A stretch of DNA of 64,000 nucleotides from Sporopachydermia quercuum (GCA_001599295.1 BCGN01000009.1:788413-852412); one strand, 5' to 3'. Shown: positions 34,226 to 46,229, counted from the stretch's first letter. The notes: generated from the letters alone by a model not told the origin. Program-made: numbers and translations.

Positions 34226-36007
34226 ATGCCCTCCGATGACGATACGAAGAAAACTCCTTTCTCCCATCCATTCTCTCAGGTATCTTTTGCCGCTGGATTC
34301 AACAACAGAGGAGCTTTTGAATGGGCAATTATTGATTTTGAAACAGAAATCAGAAACAAGCCAAACTGGTGGAATAAAATCAACGATGAGACAATCACCA
34401 ATAAATGGAGAAATGAGCTAAGAACTCAATTGCTAGAAGTCAACAGGAAGAATTTGATCCTCCAAGAAGAATTAAAAAAGAAAGCTTGCGATAGTGAAAA
34501 ACACTACTCAGAATGGGAATGTCTTCAATTCACTGATAAAAATATTGAAGATATAGCTGATTTTGCCTTCAAGGACCTCCAGGAATTCAAATCCTATGTC
34601 GTTCCATCAGAGAATGGTCATTTCGCTCCTGGAGTATTTGATGGTCTGAGCTTCATTGGATGGAATGGAATAGTTCCAAAGGAGGAGCAAATCACTCTCC
34701 AAAAGGAAGTCAGTCACTATTTAGCAGATTTAGGAAAAGAAAACTACGATTATCATCCTGGTTCTGATAATCAGGTGTTGGATATAATTCATCCTTCATT
34801 GCATATGTTGCGATATGGTAAAACACCCATTGAAAAAGATGGGGAAGTGTCAATCAGCGATTTTGACTCCTTTGGTCTTAATTTAAGAACTGCTAAGCCT
34901 TATTTCCATTCAAACGCTTTATCTAAGAATTTCCAATGGCTTCCTGCTGAGATCGACCTTTCCTCGTCTCCTAAGTTCACATCTTACATCAACAACCTTG
35001 ATCCTATCGAGAACAAAGNCTTATACTCGATACTGGAAAAGCTATTTGAATTACTACTTCCTGGGCTCAATTCTTTACTCAGATTCAACGTTCTACCACA
35101 ATATATTAGAAAAGAAATCGGTTATGAATACTACAACGAAGAATATAAAAAACGTAGCGATGAAATATCAGAGAAGCGTGATTGGGATGAATATGAGGAA
35201 GTATATGAACAAAGATCTTCTAAGGATCTTATTGATCTTATGCCAAAATTTGAACCTTGGAAGGACAAACCGGATTTTTCTCTCCAGAAAGGTTCAAAAG
35301 AATACCCTCTGGATGGTAAAGCCAAGGTTATTGTTAAGATAGGATCTATTGAATTAACACCCGAGACGCCCAAATATAAGGGAGGAAGCTGGCATTTAGA
35401 GGGAGCTGTGAATGAAGATATTGTTGCTACAGCTATTTATTATTATGACTCTGAAAATATCTCGGAATCCAGATTATCGTTTAGAGCAATGCTTGAAGAT
35501 CCTCCATATGAACAGGGCGATATATTTGCTTGTAGATATATTTGGAATCTGAATGATGAAGATGATATGGTGAGAAACGTAGGAAGCATTGATTGCTTTG
35601 AAGGCCAGGCTGTATTTTTCCCAAATGTCCTACAACATCGTGTGGAGCCTTTTGAACTAAAGGATAAGTCAAAACCTGGCCATCGGTCAATTGTATGCTT
35701 CTTTCTTGTTGACCCATATAATAAGACTGTCGTTACTACTAAGAATGTCCCTCCACAGCAAGAGGAGTGGAGAAAGAAGTACACATTTAACGACGAGGAA
35801 GTTGCCGACGAGAAATCAGAATTGCTCAAAAATTTCAAATATTTGCTCAGTGAGAGCGTCAAGAGCAAAACGGATGCTATTGCCGAGCCATGGACATTTG
35901 ACTATGCTAAAGCTCAACGCGAAGAGTTGATGAAGGAAAGAGCTGCAGAGTTAGAGGATTCTTTTGATGAGCCGTATTATAGGAGTTTTTCCTTGTGTGA
36001 GCATTGA
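34226..36007 (+). CDS. DUF4246 family protein (putative 2OG/Fe(II) oxygenase-like fold)
   Basis: First ATG is at 34226 (the ORF track starts at an upstream TTG). Motifs IRNKPNWWNKI, DYHPGSDNQVLDIIHPS, FQWLP, SYINNL, VIVK..SIELTPE.P.Y.GGSWHLEG..NE.IVATAIYYYDSENISESRLSFR, FPNVLQHRVEPFELKDKSKPGHR..FFLVDP and terminal FSLCEH. Confidence 0.82.
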   Translation: MPSDDDTKKTPFSHPFSQVSFAAGFNNRGAFEWAIIDFETEIRNKPNWWNKINDETITNKWRNELRTQLLEVNRKNLILQEELKKKACDSEKHYSEWECLQFTDKNIEDIADFAFKDLQEFKSYVVPSENGHFAPGVFDGLSFIGWNGIVPKEEQITLQKEVSHYLADLGKENYDYHPGSDNQVLDIIHPSLHMLRYGKTPIEKDGEVSISDFDSFGLNLRTAKPYFHSNALSKNFQWLPAEIDLSSSPKFTSYINNLDPIENKXLYSILEKLFELLLPGLNSLLRFNVLPQYIRKEIGYEYYNEEYKKRSDEISEKRDWDEYEEVYEQRSSKDLIDLMPKFEPWKDKPDFSLQKGSKEYPLDGKAKVIVKIGSIELTPETPKYKGGSWHLEGAVNEDIVATAIYYYDSENISESRLSFRAMLEDPPYEQGDIFACRYIWNLNDEDDMVRNVGSIDCFEGQAVFFPNVLQHRVEPFELKDKSKPGHRSIVCFFLVDPYNKTVVTTKNVPPQQEEWRKKYTFNDEEVADEKSELLKNFKYLLSESVKSKTDAIAEPWTFDYAKAQREELMKERAAELEDSFDEPYYRSFSLCEH

Positions 36008-37710
36008 AGAATTCGTCAGTTTGAGTTCTTTTTTGATGGACGGATGAAAAAATGATTGGTTAGTGATGACTGATAATTTGGAATTGGTAGTACGCTTTAA
36101 TAGAAGTAAATCAATAGATGACCAGCATTGAGGGAGTATGAGTAGTAGTTGGGTGTTTATTGATGACAATATTAGTGTTTCAAGTAAAATGTATTCAGCA
36201 GAATAGTTATCACTTAATCAGAACAATCGATAGACTCTAAATCAGGGTTGATTGGATTGAGTAAAATGTGGAATTCGAGACGGGAGAAAGGGAATAAATG
36301 TGACTGAGAGTAGGCATTGACTGTTGAGAGATTGATTTGTTTTTACTGGTTAAATATGGGAAATTTCAAATCAAAGTCGTTAGAATAGTTACTGGAAGCT
36401 AAACTATGTAGAAACTTGTTAAACTATTTGAAGGAATTGAGAGTTGTGCCAACGAACCCTCATTCGCTGGTTTATATTTTTTATATTTATGACCTGAAGC
36501 ATTGATTTACTTTTTAGGAATCGACAAAAATAATAAACATACTTTATTATCTCTCTAACGATTTTGGCAAATAAATGACTTTCATTGTAGTTATCTTATG
36601 TTGTGCTATACTATGATATGCTATTATCCAAATATATTGTCTGATGATTAGTTGTTATAGTGAGAGCTCTATGCTTTACGTAAAAGCTATTTATTTCGTT
36701 GATGTTGATGATGGTCATTCAAAAGGATTCTTTCATAAATGCGAGTATTTATTCTAGAGAAAGGAAAGCTCAGTTTGAACATTTAGATGATTCAAATATA
36801 CTGATATGACATAAATTAATTTCTGCAATCGGATGGTTATTGTACAAAAATTAAGCAGAAAGTGCAGAAAGTGCAGAAATTATGGTAATAATTATAACAA
36901 TAATTACTAAATCAATTCATAGNCAATAAATCATGACATCGTTATATTAGGTAAATAATAATAAGAACCCCAATTTCTTTTTCTTTTCCTTCCACGTCAA
37001 CTTCAATTGAATACGCGATAAAAGGTGAGAAACAATGAATTTGAGTACATCAACAAACACCAACTGTCTATCTTAATCGTTTATTTTGACTAAAATACAG
37101 TAACATATTCAAATTGCCATGCTGCTCATTGATTGACTGACAGTTCTCATGCCGTTCCGTTTCACGATGTGAGAACTGTATGTTACTGAATGTTCTGCTG
37201 AGTTGCCTGATGATTTGACGATGGTCGTATTTATGACTATTGTTCACTTTATATCATTTGATTTCTGTAGTCTTTTTGAGCATTAGAGTCAGCTTCCCAC
37301 ACACATGAACAAACAAAAAAACGAAGAACAGTTTAAAAGCTCATAGCAGCTGATTTGTTGATTTATAGCTAACTAGTTGCAGAGTTTCATTCAATTGTCC
37401 GCCCCGAGAGGGATTAAGCAACTGCTGCTGAAAATCTCAATTTATTGAATGAGATCTCCAAGGTAAAGTTTCCAGTTAACAGGAATACCAACAAGTAGCA
37501 GCTTGACCTAATTACAAGGAAATAACTCACCATAGCTTAACATAACATATAAACCCAAATTCACAATTAATTCTCCAAATATACCTATACACCTATTCTA
37601 AAATTGTCCCTCTTGAAGATATTCGTGATGCTAAATTACTATTGATACTTACACATTAGACAAATTACTTCTATCACTGTCAGCTCATCTTCTGGAATCA
37701 TCATCAACAT

Positions 37711-39675
37711 CTAACATCCTGTAAGCTTGTTCTTTGGATACGTATATCCAGATTTCTCCCAACTAGTCAGATTGAAATTAGAATAAGCATTCAAATGACT
37801 CTGAATATAATCATATGTAGGATACCCAGGCGGATCACACGTTAGGCTCTCTTGACCCTTTGGTTGATATACTCGAACATAATCTATTCTCAGTGTAGAT
37901 GGGAAACTCAACCCTGGCCAATTGATATAAGCCCAATTGTTAGAAATACCTAGGTTGAGAATAATGGACATTGGTTCTTTAGAAATATATCTCCAATCAA
38001 TATTGCCATTAGGATGTAAAGCTGCTGCTTCTAGAGTGAATGTAGGATCTTTACCAACAAACCACCGAATGTAACCATCTTTATCATCGTTTAGATACTC
38101 AAAACCAAAATCTTGAAATGTGCTTTCTACTCCTTGATAGTTGNACTCGTACCATAAAGGATTTAGTGTTGAGATACCAGAGATAGCTTGTTGGAAAGGT
38201 CCTCCAGTATAAGTGTTCATATTAGTTACTGATGTGTTATGAAGTTCAATGAAATCATAGTCTGGAATGTACCAAATGTCAAATGGTGCAACTTGTAAAG
38301 ACTGTGACACTACACCGGTACCCAACGTTGTGTCAATGGATCCTTCTAGAGCATCGATCTCTGGAGCTCCTCTTCCTACACCAGGATTAGGATGATCTTC
38401 TCCTTTACACGTGCAAGAGTTGAGTTTTTGTCCTGGCAAGTAGGATATTCCATCTGCTGAGGATTGATTAGGGGTAATTCCTGCATCACAAGAATTATAA
38501 CTATAAGGCCAAACTCCTTCAGAAGTAGCAAGAAACCCAGGCCTAGCTAGGTTACCTAATGTCCATATACCAGGCCATAGACCAGAAACGTTTCCGTAGT
38601 TTGGTAGTTGAGCAGAGACTTCTAGCATTCCCTGGGAGAAACATAGCTTGTTCCAGGACTGGATCATGGCAGATCTGTAGAATAGATTATGATTCTCATA
38701 GGCATCCATTCTGATGTTAAGCGTACCATTTGCAGTTGTAGCAGCGTCCGGTGTGTACCACTCTAAGTCCTTGGTAGCATCATAATGGAAGTCAGGACCA
38801 CTCCAGAATTGATCGTCACCCTCGAAGAAAGTTCTTCCTTCCGCGTTAAACTCGTCAGAGAATACTAAAGACCATTCAGAACCGTCTCTAGCTGTATGAG
38901 TCAAAGCTGATGATGGCGTGTCAGGATCCACTAGACTGGTTCGAATTGCCGATAACTGTGGATAGACATAATATGTCAGGATTTCATATGACTGCGGAGG
39001 ACCATGAGATGATACACCTGAATATGTCAGAGCTGGAAGGACAATAAATAGTACCAAAACACCTATGATTAAAGCTAGGAAACCGAAAGCTGTCGCGATA
39101 CCTCTTCCGTCCATGTCTCGGATTGAAAACCGTTTCTTGTCGAAGAGAGCATCAGCAACGGGATCAGGATTATGCAGGTAATCATCCGCTTCCTTTTCGT
39201 TGATAAGCAGTGGGAAAGACGACACAGGATAGCCGCCAAAGGGAGAAAAATCACCATCGATCACAAATGGATTGCTGGAGTTGTCATCAGACAATAGTGA
39301 TCCTGACGAAGGTGAAGATGTCAGAGAAGCCTCTCGTCTACCTGTAGACCGCGTATTTAAAGGATATCTGTCATATTCCGATGGTGGAACAAGATTATTT
39401 ATAGAAGGTGAGTTAGACGAGAATGATGGACTTTGTACTGAATTGTCCATGTCAGAGGGTGGTGGATAATCAATTACCGGCACTGAAACATTTGGTGATA
39501 AGTTTACTAGAGGGTCATATGATCTCCCATGCTCGTCATAATCGATATCTGAGCTACTGGAAGTGCCAGAGTTGCTATTTTGATTGTTTTGAGAGTCAAT
39601 TGATTGTGCTTCGGAAGCAAAAGGATTTGAAATGATAGAAGCGGAATGTGAATTGGTAAGGTTTCGGAACGCCAT
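37711..39675 (-). CDS. KRE6: Beta-1,6-glucan synthesis GH16 protein (Kre6/Skn1 family)
   Basis: Ser-rich cytosolic N-terminus, DFSPFGGYP, EADDYLHNPDP, a single TM helix, LVFSDEFNAEGRTF, GLWPG.W..GNL.RPG, GRGAPEIDALE, IDYVRVYQP. Confidence 0.9.
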   Translation of the reverse strand: MAFRNLTNSHSASIISNPFASEAQSIDSQNNQNSNSGTSSSSDIDYDEHGRSYDPLVNLSPNVSVPVIDYPPPSDMDNSVQSPSFSSNSPSINNLVPPSEYDRYPLNTRSTGRREASLTSSPSSGSLLSDDNSSNPFVIDGDFSPFGGYPVSSFPLLINEKEADDYLHNPDPVADALFDKKRFSIRDMDGRGIATAFGFLALIIGVLVLFIVLPALTYSGVSSHGPPQSYEILTYYVYPQLSAIRTSLVDPDTPSSALTHTARDGSEWSLVFSDEFNAEGRTFFEGDDQFWSGPDFHYDATKDLEWYTPDAATTANGTLNIRMDAYENHNLFYRSAMIQSWNKLCFSQGMLEVSAQLPNYGNVSGLWPGIWTLGNLARPGFLATSEGVWPYSYNSCDAGITPNQSSADGISYLPGQKLNSCTCKGEDHPNPGVGRGAPEIDALEGSIDTTLGTGVVSQSLQVAPFDIWYIPDYDFIELHNTSVTNMNTYTGGPFQQAISGISTLNPLWYEXNYQGVESTFQDFGFEYLNDDKDGYIRWFVGKDPTFTLEAAALHPNGNIDWRYISKEPMSIILNLGISNNWAYINWPGLSFPSTLRIDYVRVYQPKGQESLTCDPPGYPTYDYIQSHLNAYSNFNLTSWEKSGYTYPKNKLTGC

Positions 39676-40269
39676 GGTGGCAGGAGTCTTATGTTCCGAG
39701 ATGCTAATTTTCGCAAAACTCCTATAATGCGTTATGTTTTCACTGAATCGACGTGGTATAATATAGGACTACTACCGTTTAGTTGTTTAATTATTGAGAG
39801 AAAAAAGATACTCTTTCATTTTTGCGCAGATAGATGGTATCTGGTGACGAGAAACAAGAAAAAAGAAAGAAAAGGAAAATTTGCTAATGAGAATCTGAGA
39901 GGAAGACAGAGACAAGGACAAAATAGTATGACAAAACGGACATTTTGAGTACAAAACAGGTAGTATACAAAGAAATGAGAAGGAAATCTTGGTGTGACAA
40001 GGAAAAAATTAAAAATAGAATATGCATTGTTGATGTAGGAATAGTTGGGGAAATGCATGAGATGCATAAGACTTAGAAGAGATGAGTTGGAATGTATGGT
40101 ACATGAATTGAATTCATTGTTTAAAGGCAGTGTAAAAGATGGATGAAATATTATAAGAGGTTGTAGGAGGGGAATGTCACGATGGAAGGAAGAAGGATAA
40201 GCCAATCGAAGCAGTTGTATGGGTTATGCAATGATGAGATGGATGGATTCTGGTTTGCAGAGGGACAAA

Positions 40270-40362
40270 ACTGGGCAAGATCTGGGCAAACTAGGCAACT
40301 AGGCAAACTGGGCACACTGGGCACACTGGGCAATACGGGAAAACTAGGCAAGCTGGGCAAAG
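40270..40362. repeat. Degenerate 9-bp tandem array (CT(G/A)GGCA(A/C)A, ~10 copies) upstream of KRE6
   Basis: ctgggcaaa ctaggcaa ctaggcaaa ctgggcaca ctgggcaca ctgggcaat acgggaaaa ctaggcaag ctgggcaaa. Confidence 0.8.
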
Positions 40363-42483
40363 TGTAGATGGAAATTTGGATAGTTTTTATTGCGATTGAT
40401 GAGAAAAGTTATTAACGTATTGAAATATATTGGTAAAAACAGACTTTACGAGAGAAATAAGTGAATTGCAGTGTGATGATGGTGAGCAATCCAATTTTAA
40501 CATTCAGATCATATTTACTCACAATACCTATTCACCATGTCGCTCTCATATCTCATTCTTGCACCTTATGCTTTGCAGCGATTTTCTTCGTCATATCTCT
40601 TTTTCCAATAAGTATATTCCACTTTATTTCATCTAGAATTGATAAGTACATTTAAGTTTAATGTCTATTTATTTATGTAAGTTATCCTGTCAAGCAGAAA
40701 GAGGAGCTTGATGGACGGATTGTCCTGTGGGTTGAGTGGTGAAAGCAACAGAAACACTTTTTGGTATGTTGTGCAATACGTCATAGTTGGAAGATTATGC
40801 ATATGTTATACATAATCTTGCATTAACTAAAAAGGAGCCTTACGCGACCATTTTAGTTCATTGAGCTTTCGGAACCTTAAATGTATGAGAGTCAGGAAAG
40901 CACAGTTATACAACAAAGATATTGTATTGCTTGTGAAACAATGAGATTGCCAAACTGGATATTCAATCTGAAGAATACATGCTTGGAGTGTTTGAAGCGT
41001 GATTATTGGAAATATTTCCCTGGTTCTAATCTGTATACTGTTTGTGATAACTTGATACCTTTGACCATGAACAAGCCATAGGTCCTCTTCTAAGACATAA
41101 TTATCTCATGTCCTATTTCGTATATCTATCTCGCGCGACAAAGTTAACTTGATGGTGAACATGGGGACTAGTGATATTACTCGTGACATCTTTACACGAA
41201 TCAATAATTCACATATTGTTTACTTCATATTGAGGGTTTATTTTATTATACCTGGTATAAACAATCATATATATATATATATCTATATTTGGTCAAATTT
41301 CCGAAGTCTGAATTTTTCATATGTATATCAACTGAATTCGTTTGTTTGTTTACTCTGGAATTATATGTTTAAAATTCCTACATAGCATGCCCACTTTTCG
41401 CCGTGACGCGTCAAACATGAGAATGCCAATATGGATCTATATGCACAGGCATGCCAGTTAATGCTAAAGTGGGCATCAGATGGCTCGATTGATTTCAAAT
41501 AACGACTGATCTACAACATATTTTTTTGATATGGTATCGTTTGATAATCGATACAACTGAAAAATTTCACACTTTAACATTTTTTCTTTCTGNAGCTGGA
41601 GAGCTGATTTCAAACTGCTGGGGTATGAATCATCCTTCAAACATTAACGAGTCATTGTAGATCTTCTCTGTAGTACTTGCCTACTCTTCAGAATGATCGC
41701 TTGGTGGCTCCATGATTCGTTTTCTTGATAGAAACCACTTCTCAAGAGTTTCAACCTGCAGTCCTTCTTTGTTACCAAATTTCTACTTTAGGAGAACAAA
41801 AATTCCTTTAATAGATCTTTTTTCACATCATAGAAAACTTATTCAGTTTGATGATGTTTCGATGAGAAAACAAAGTTTCAAACAAGCTGCAACACCTGCA
41901 GAGACATGGATGGAACAAAGTGTACCAACTCGTACCTTCAAGCAACTTTTCTGATACAAATTAATGACCAAAATCAACGCTCAAATAACTGTAAAATAAG
42001 TAAGTTCTTTTTTTGAAATCGCTTTTTACTTATATTCCAAAATCAATCTCGCTACAATGGAGGAACGGTACAACTTACAGTTATCCTGGAACAAGGTGCA
42101 AGGGTGTTCACAGATGTCCTAAAAAGTATCTATTCTGAAAAATCTCTGTTCTGATTACATCAACAAATAACAGCCTAGACTTGCATTTTACGATCTTGTA
42201 AACTACCCCTCTTTTTACTGCTAAAATCAAGAAGCTTCAGAACATCTCCAAAGGCCACCCAAAACTCAATTAGTGCATCCCGCTTTTATATCAATTGATG
42301 CCTACCAATAGCTTGGTCAAACAACTTATAATTCAACTATTTAACTAGCTGAGACTACTCCGAACATCTCAATCCTCCTTATTCTTTATCCTCCTTTCAA
42401 ATCCCCTGTATCTCTGCTCCTCAATCCCCCCAAAGACCCCCTCATCATACTTTTCTTTCTATTTTGGATTACATAATCTAAAG

Positions 42484-42494
42484 TGAAAAAATTT
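42484..42494 (+). promoter_or_regulatory. RRPE-like element upstream of PSE1
   Basis: TGAAAAAATTT about 300 bp upstream of the ATG. Short motif that could occur by chance. Confidence 0.35.
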
Positions 42495-42788
42495 CCGTCC
42501 GATAAATTTTCGTTGATTGGTACACAAACACATTTTGAAATATCCACAAACATCAACTACCCATTGTCTATCAACAACAACTATTTTCAGTTATCATCCT
42601 CATCTTTATACACGTCGTTTGACAGCTCACTGTATATATTGCACTACATTAATTGATTATCACCATTCAAATCAACTGTTAAGCCATCGTAAAATCCTTT
42701 AGGATTATTCCGTAGTGAGAGCCTTCAGTTAACAGATCATCGGAACAGATTGACGGATTCAAATCTCCGGTAGCACTCTACAACTAAG

Positions 42789-45700
42789 ATGTCGTTCAAC
42801 GTTCCGACAGAGACGATGAATGCATTACTGCATTTATTAGAATCTCTAGCATCGTCAGATAATTCAATTCGTGCCGCAGCCGAGAAATCATTAGCGGAAC
42901 AATGGCTCTCGTCCGAAGGAATCCAATATTTACTTGTTGGGCTTGCAATTCAATCCGTCTCTGGTGATTCCGATAGCCTGAGATCCTTTGCTGCTGTGCT
43001 TTTCCGAAGAATGGCTCTTAAACAGCCAGAAAACTCTACAAATCCTATTGCACGTTCAATTGATGTGATTCCAGAAGCAACTAGAAGCTATATTAAGTCT
43101 ATTCTTCTATCTGGCTTTTCAGAGAAACAGTCTAATTATGTCAGACATAAAATCAGTGATGCTATCGCTGTTCTAGCTAAACCTACTAACATCAGCGCTG
43201 ACATAGAAGAAGAATCATCTGTATATATTGACACCGATTGGCCTGAGCTTTTACCTGCATTGTTTGTTGCTACTAATAACCGGGAAGACCCCAGTTTCCG
43301 AGAGTCCGCGTTCCGAATATTTGCAGCTATTTCCAATTCAATCAATCCCGGGTATCTGGATTCCATTATTCCCGTATTTGCAACAGCTTTCACTGATGCT
43401 TCCGAAGACGTGAGAATAGCCGCTATTACCGCGTTTGTTGCCTTTTTTCAAGGATTGCCGAAGAAGGCCTGGAAATCACTTACTCCGCTTTTGCCCGAAC
43501 TTCTGAACGGACTTCCTCTTTTGCTTGATTCCGGGAACGATGCTGCTTTAGGTTCTGCTCTAGAAGCATTAATAGACCTAGTAGAATTGGCACCAAAACT
43601 TTTCAAGCCGATGTTTTCGGTAATGACGGACTTCTGCATCTCAGTCGCTAAGAACAAGTCAATGGACCATGCCCGAATCTCGGCCATTATGCTGCTTATC
43701 ACCTTCTCTGACGTATCACCTAATATGTGCTCTGCTGATCCAAACTATTCCGAAGCTATCATCTTGCAATGTATTTCCATGATGACCGAAATCTCGGAAG
43801 ACGACGAATCGGCGGCCGAGTTCTTAGCTGCTTCCGACGAGGAAGACGACTCAGACGAAATAGAAGAAGCATATTCTACAGCTAGACAAGTCCTTGACAG
43901 ATTAGCCTTGAACTTAGGGTCTCCTGCAGTGCTCCCAAGCTTATACAAATACTTGCCAATGCTTCTTTCCTCAAACCAATGGCGGGAGCGTCATGCAGGA
44001 TTGATGATGGTTTCTTCAGTAGCAGAAGGCTGTCGTGACGAGTTAATTGACGATACAGAGAAAATCTTAGACTTGGTAATACCTTTAATTGAAGACAGCC
44101 ATTACAGAGTGCAACACGCATGCTGTAATGTTCTCGGGCAGCTATCTACAGATTTTGCTGATGATATCGAACTGAACTTCCATGCCCAAATCCTCCCCGC
44201 CCTGATCTCTCGCTTACAGCACGGTTTACCACCGAAAGTTCAAGCCCACGCGGCTGCAGCGTTAGTGAACTTCACGGAGAACTCCACCCAAGAAATCCTC
44301 GATCCTTATTTAGACCAATTGCTACTTGGGTTATACCAGCTTTTATCCACTGATATAGTGTATCTCCAAGAACAAGTACTCACTACAATTGCCATTATAG
44401 CAGGTGTGTCAGATAGACATTTCGGGAAGTACTATGACGGATTAATGCCAATGCTAATGAATTTCATGCGCTCAGCATCAGAAGACATGATTGGCGTACA
44501 AGCTAAATGTATTGAATGCTCCTCGTTGATTGCGTTATCTGTTGGCCGGGAAAAGTCAGGTAAAGACTGCGGAGAGCTTATGGAGATTTACGCCAGCTTG
44601 CAGAAACTTGCGGGTGGAACCGGGGCTGGAGCCGACGCCGGAACCGAAGACTCCGATGACCCCAGAGCTGCCTATTTGGACCAAGCTTGGGGCAGAATGT
44701 GCCGGTTGATCGGAAAGGACTTCCTACCATACTTACCGACAGTATTACAGCCGGTTCTCCAAATGGCTAAACGGAAACAGGACGTCCAAATCCTTGAAGA
44801 TACTACCGATGCAGAAGAACTGGAACAAGAAGAAGGCTGGGACGTTGTCGCTGTGAGAGGTAAACATTTAGGTATTCATACAGCTTTGCTGGATGGGAAA
44901 GCTTCTGCAATTAGATTATTAACTATCTATGCAGCAGCTTTGCAAGAAGACTTTGCTCCTTACACGGAAGAAATCATCCGAGACGTTCTTTTACCAGGAC
45001 TGGAATTCTATTTCCATGATGCAGTTAGGTACTGCTGTGCGCATGCCGTCCCTGCAGTATTGAAATGTATTCAACTGGCCAGACCTACTGAGGAAAAATA
45101 CTTACTAGGTCTATGGTCACCTTTAGCTGATAAGCTATTAGAAGCTTTCTACCGAGAGCCGTTAGTGGGGCTCCTTCCAATGTACTATTCATCATTTGGA
45201 AGCTGCATTGAGTTGTTTGGAGGAAAGAAACCTTATATACTAAGCGAGGCACAGCAGAAAACCTTAGGCCAGGATGTTGTGGCTAATTTGACCGATCTTC
45301 GGGCCCGAATTGATCAAAGAGAAGCCGGAGATGATGAATACACCGAAGAAGTGGAAGAAGAAGAGGACGGAGAAGAAATTGATAAAGAATTAATCGGAGA
45401 AATGAGCAAAGCCCTTAGAAATGTGTTCCGAGCAGTCGGGGAAACATTTCTCCCGGTATTTGAATCAGACGTGTTGCCGGCGATAGTGGAAGACCTCGGA
45501 GCCAACGGAAACAACTCACGAAACTTATGTCGGGAGTTTGCCCTTAGTGTTTTGGCCGATTTCACTGAAATATACGGAAGCAAATCCGTCCCGGTTTATT
45601 CCGCCACATTCAGCCGAACTCCAATCTCAGCTTACCTTTCAGATCCGGATGCTTCAGTAAGACAAGCCGCAGCCCAGTACGTTGGAAACTTGGCCCAATA

Positions 45701-46229
45701 CGGTGGTGACCAATCATTTTATCAGCCTATCATAATCTCCTGTTTACCTCAACTTTTCTCCATCATCACCGCTTCCGACGCTAAGCTTGCAAGAAACGTC
45801 GCCACATCTGAAACAGCCCATGCGGCTATCGCCAAAATTCTCCTGTCCTATTCCGACGCCGTGAGAGCTGCCGAGCCTAGCTCTTATACCCAGCTTCTTT
45901 CCACTTGGATAAGCTTCTTCCCGGTGTATGTTGAGGACAACGCAGCCCCCTATTCCTATGGATTTTTATCAGTATTAATGGACTCCAAATCAACTGGAAA
46001 ATACGTCGCGGGAGAAGAATGGAACTCAGTGATTGAATCAGCTTGGAGTAGCATTTTCCAAGGTGTTATTAAAGCTTTGAGTGTGGGTGCTATTGGAGGT
46101 AAAATAGCAGAAGGAACAGTAGAAGCTACCAAGAGATTATTGCAGACTTGCAATCCTGACGAACGAATGAGGATAGTAGAGAGCTCTTCTGATGAGTTCA
46201 AGAGGGTTATTCAGAAATGGTTTAGTTGA
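42789..46229 (+). CDS. PSE1: Importin-beta family karyopherin (importin-5/Kap121)
   Basis: 1146-aa HEAT-repeat protein: SSDNSIRAAAEKSL, RSFAAVLFRR, ARQVLDRLAL, WRERHAGLM..SSVAEGC, RVQHACCNVLGQLSTDF, VQAHAAAALVNF, WGRMCRLIGKDFLPYL, GKHLGIHTALLD.K, FYFHDAVR. Confidence 0.9.
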   Translation: MSFNVPTETMNALLHLLESLASSDNSIRAAAEKSLAEQWLSSEGIQYLLVGLAIQSVSGDSDSLRSFAAVLFRRMALKQPENSTNPIARSIDVIPEATRSYIKSILLSGFSEKQSNYVRHKISDAIAVLAKPTNISADIEEESSVYIDTDWPELLPALFVATNNREDPSFRESAFRIFAAISNSINPGYLDSIIPVFATAFTDASEDVRIAAITAFVAFFQGLPKKAWKSLTPLLPELLNGLPLLLDSGNDAALGSALEALIDLVELAPKLFKPMFSVMTDFCISVAKNKSMDHARISAIMLLITFSDVSPNMCSADPNYSEAIILQCISMMTEISEDDESAAEFLAASDEEDDSDEIEEAYSTARQVLDRLALNLGSPAVLPSLYKYLPMLLSSNQWRERHAGLMMVSSVAEGCRDELIDDTEKILDLVIPLIEDSHYRVQHACCNVLGQLSTDFADDIELNFHAQILPALISRLQHGLPPKVQAHAAAALVNFTENSTQEILDPYLDQLLLGLYQLLSTDIVYLQEQVLTTIAIIAGVSDRHFGKYYDGLMPMLMNFMRSASEDMIGVQAKCIECSSLIALSVGREKSGKDCGELMEIYASLQKLAGGTGAGADAGTEDSDDPRAAYLDQAWGRMCRLIGKDFLPYLPTVLQPVLQMAKRKQDVQILEDTTDAEELEQEEGWDVVAVRGKHLGIHTALLDGKASAIRLLTIYAAALQEDFAPYTEEIIRDVLLPGLEFYFHDAVRYCCAHAVPAVLKCIQLARPTEEKYLLGLWSPLADKLLEAFYREPLVGLLPMYYSSFGSCIELFGGKKPYILSEAQQKTLGQDVVANLTDLRARIDQREAGDDEYTEEVEEEEDGEEIDKELIGEMSKALRNVFRAVGETFLPVFESDVLPAIVEDLGANGNNSRNLCREFALSVLADFTEIYGSKSVPVYSATFSRTPISAYLSDPDASVRQAAAQYVGNLAQYGGDQSFYQPIIISCLPQLFSIITASDAKLARNVATSETAHAAIAKILLSYSDAVRAAEPSSYTQLLSTWISFFPVYVEDNAAPYSYGFLSVLMDSKSTGKYVAGEEWNSVIESAWSSIFQGVIKALSVGAIGGKIAEGTVEATKRLLQTCNPDERMRIVESSSDEFKRVIQKWFS

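Noticed and set aside
40182..40367. Short ORFs with LGK/LGT or PSV/PSL repeats
   Set aside because: Products of the 9-bp DNA repeat on both strands; no other coding evidence.
41404..41413. Palindrome TGACGCGTCA containing an MCB (ACGCGT); another ACGCGT near 61584
   Set aside because: Single short sites far from start codons; not distinguishable from chance.
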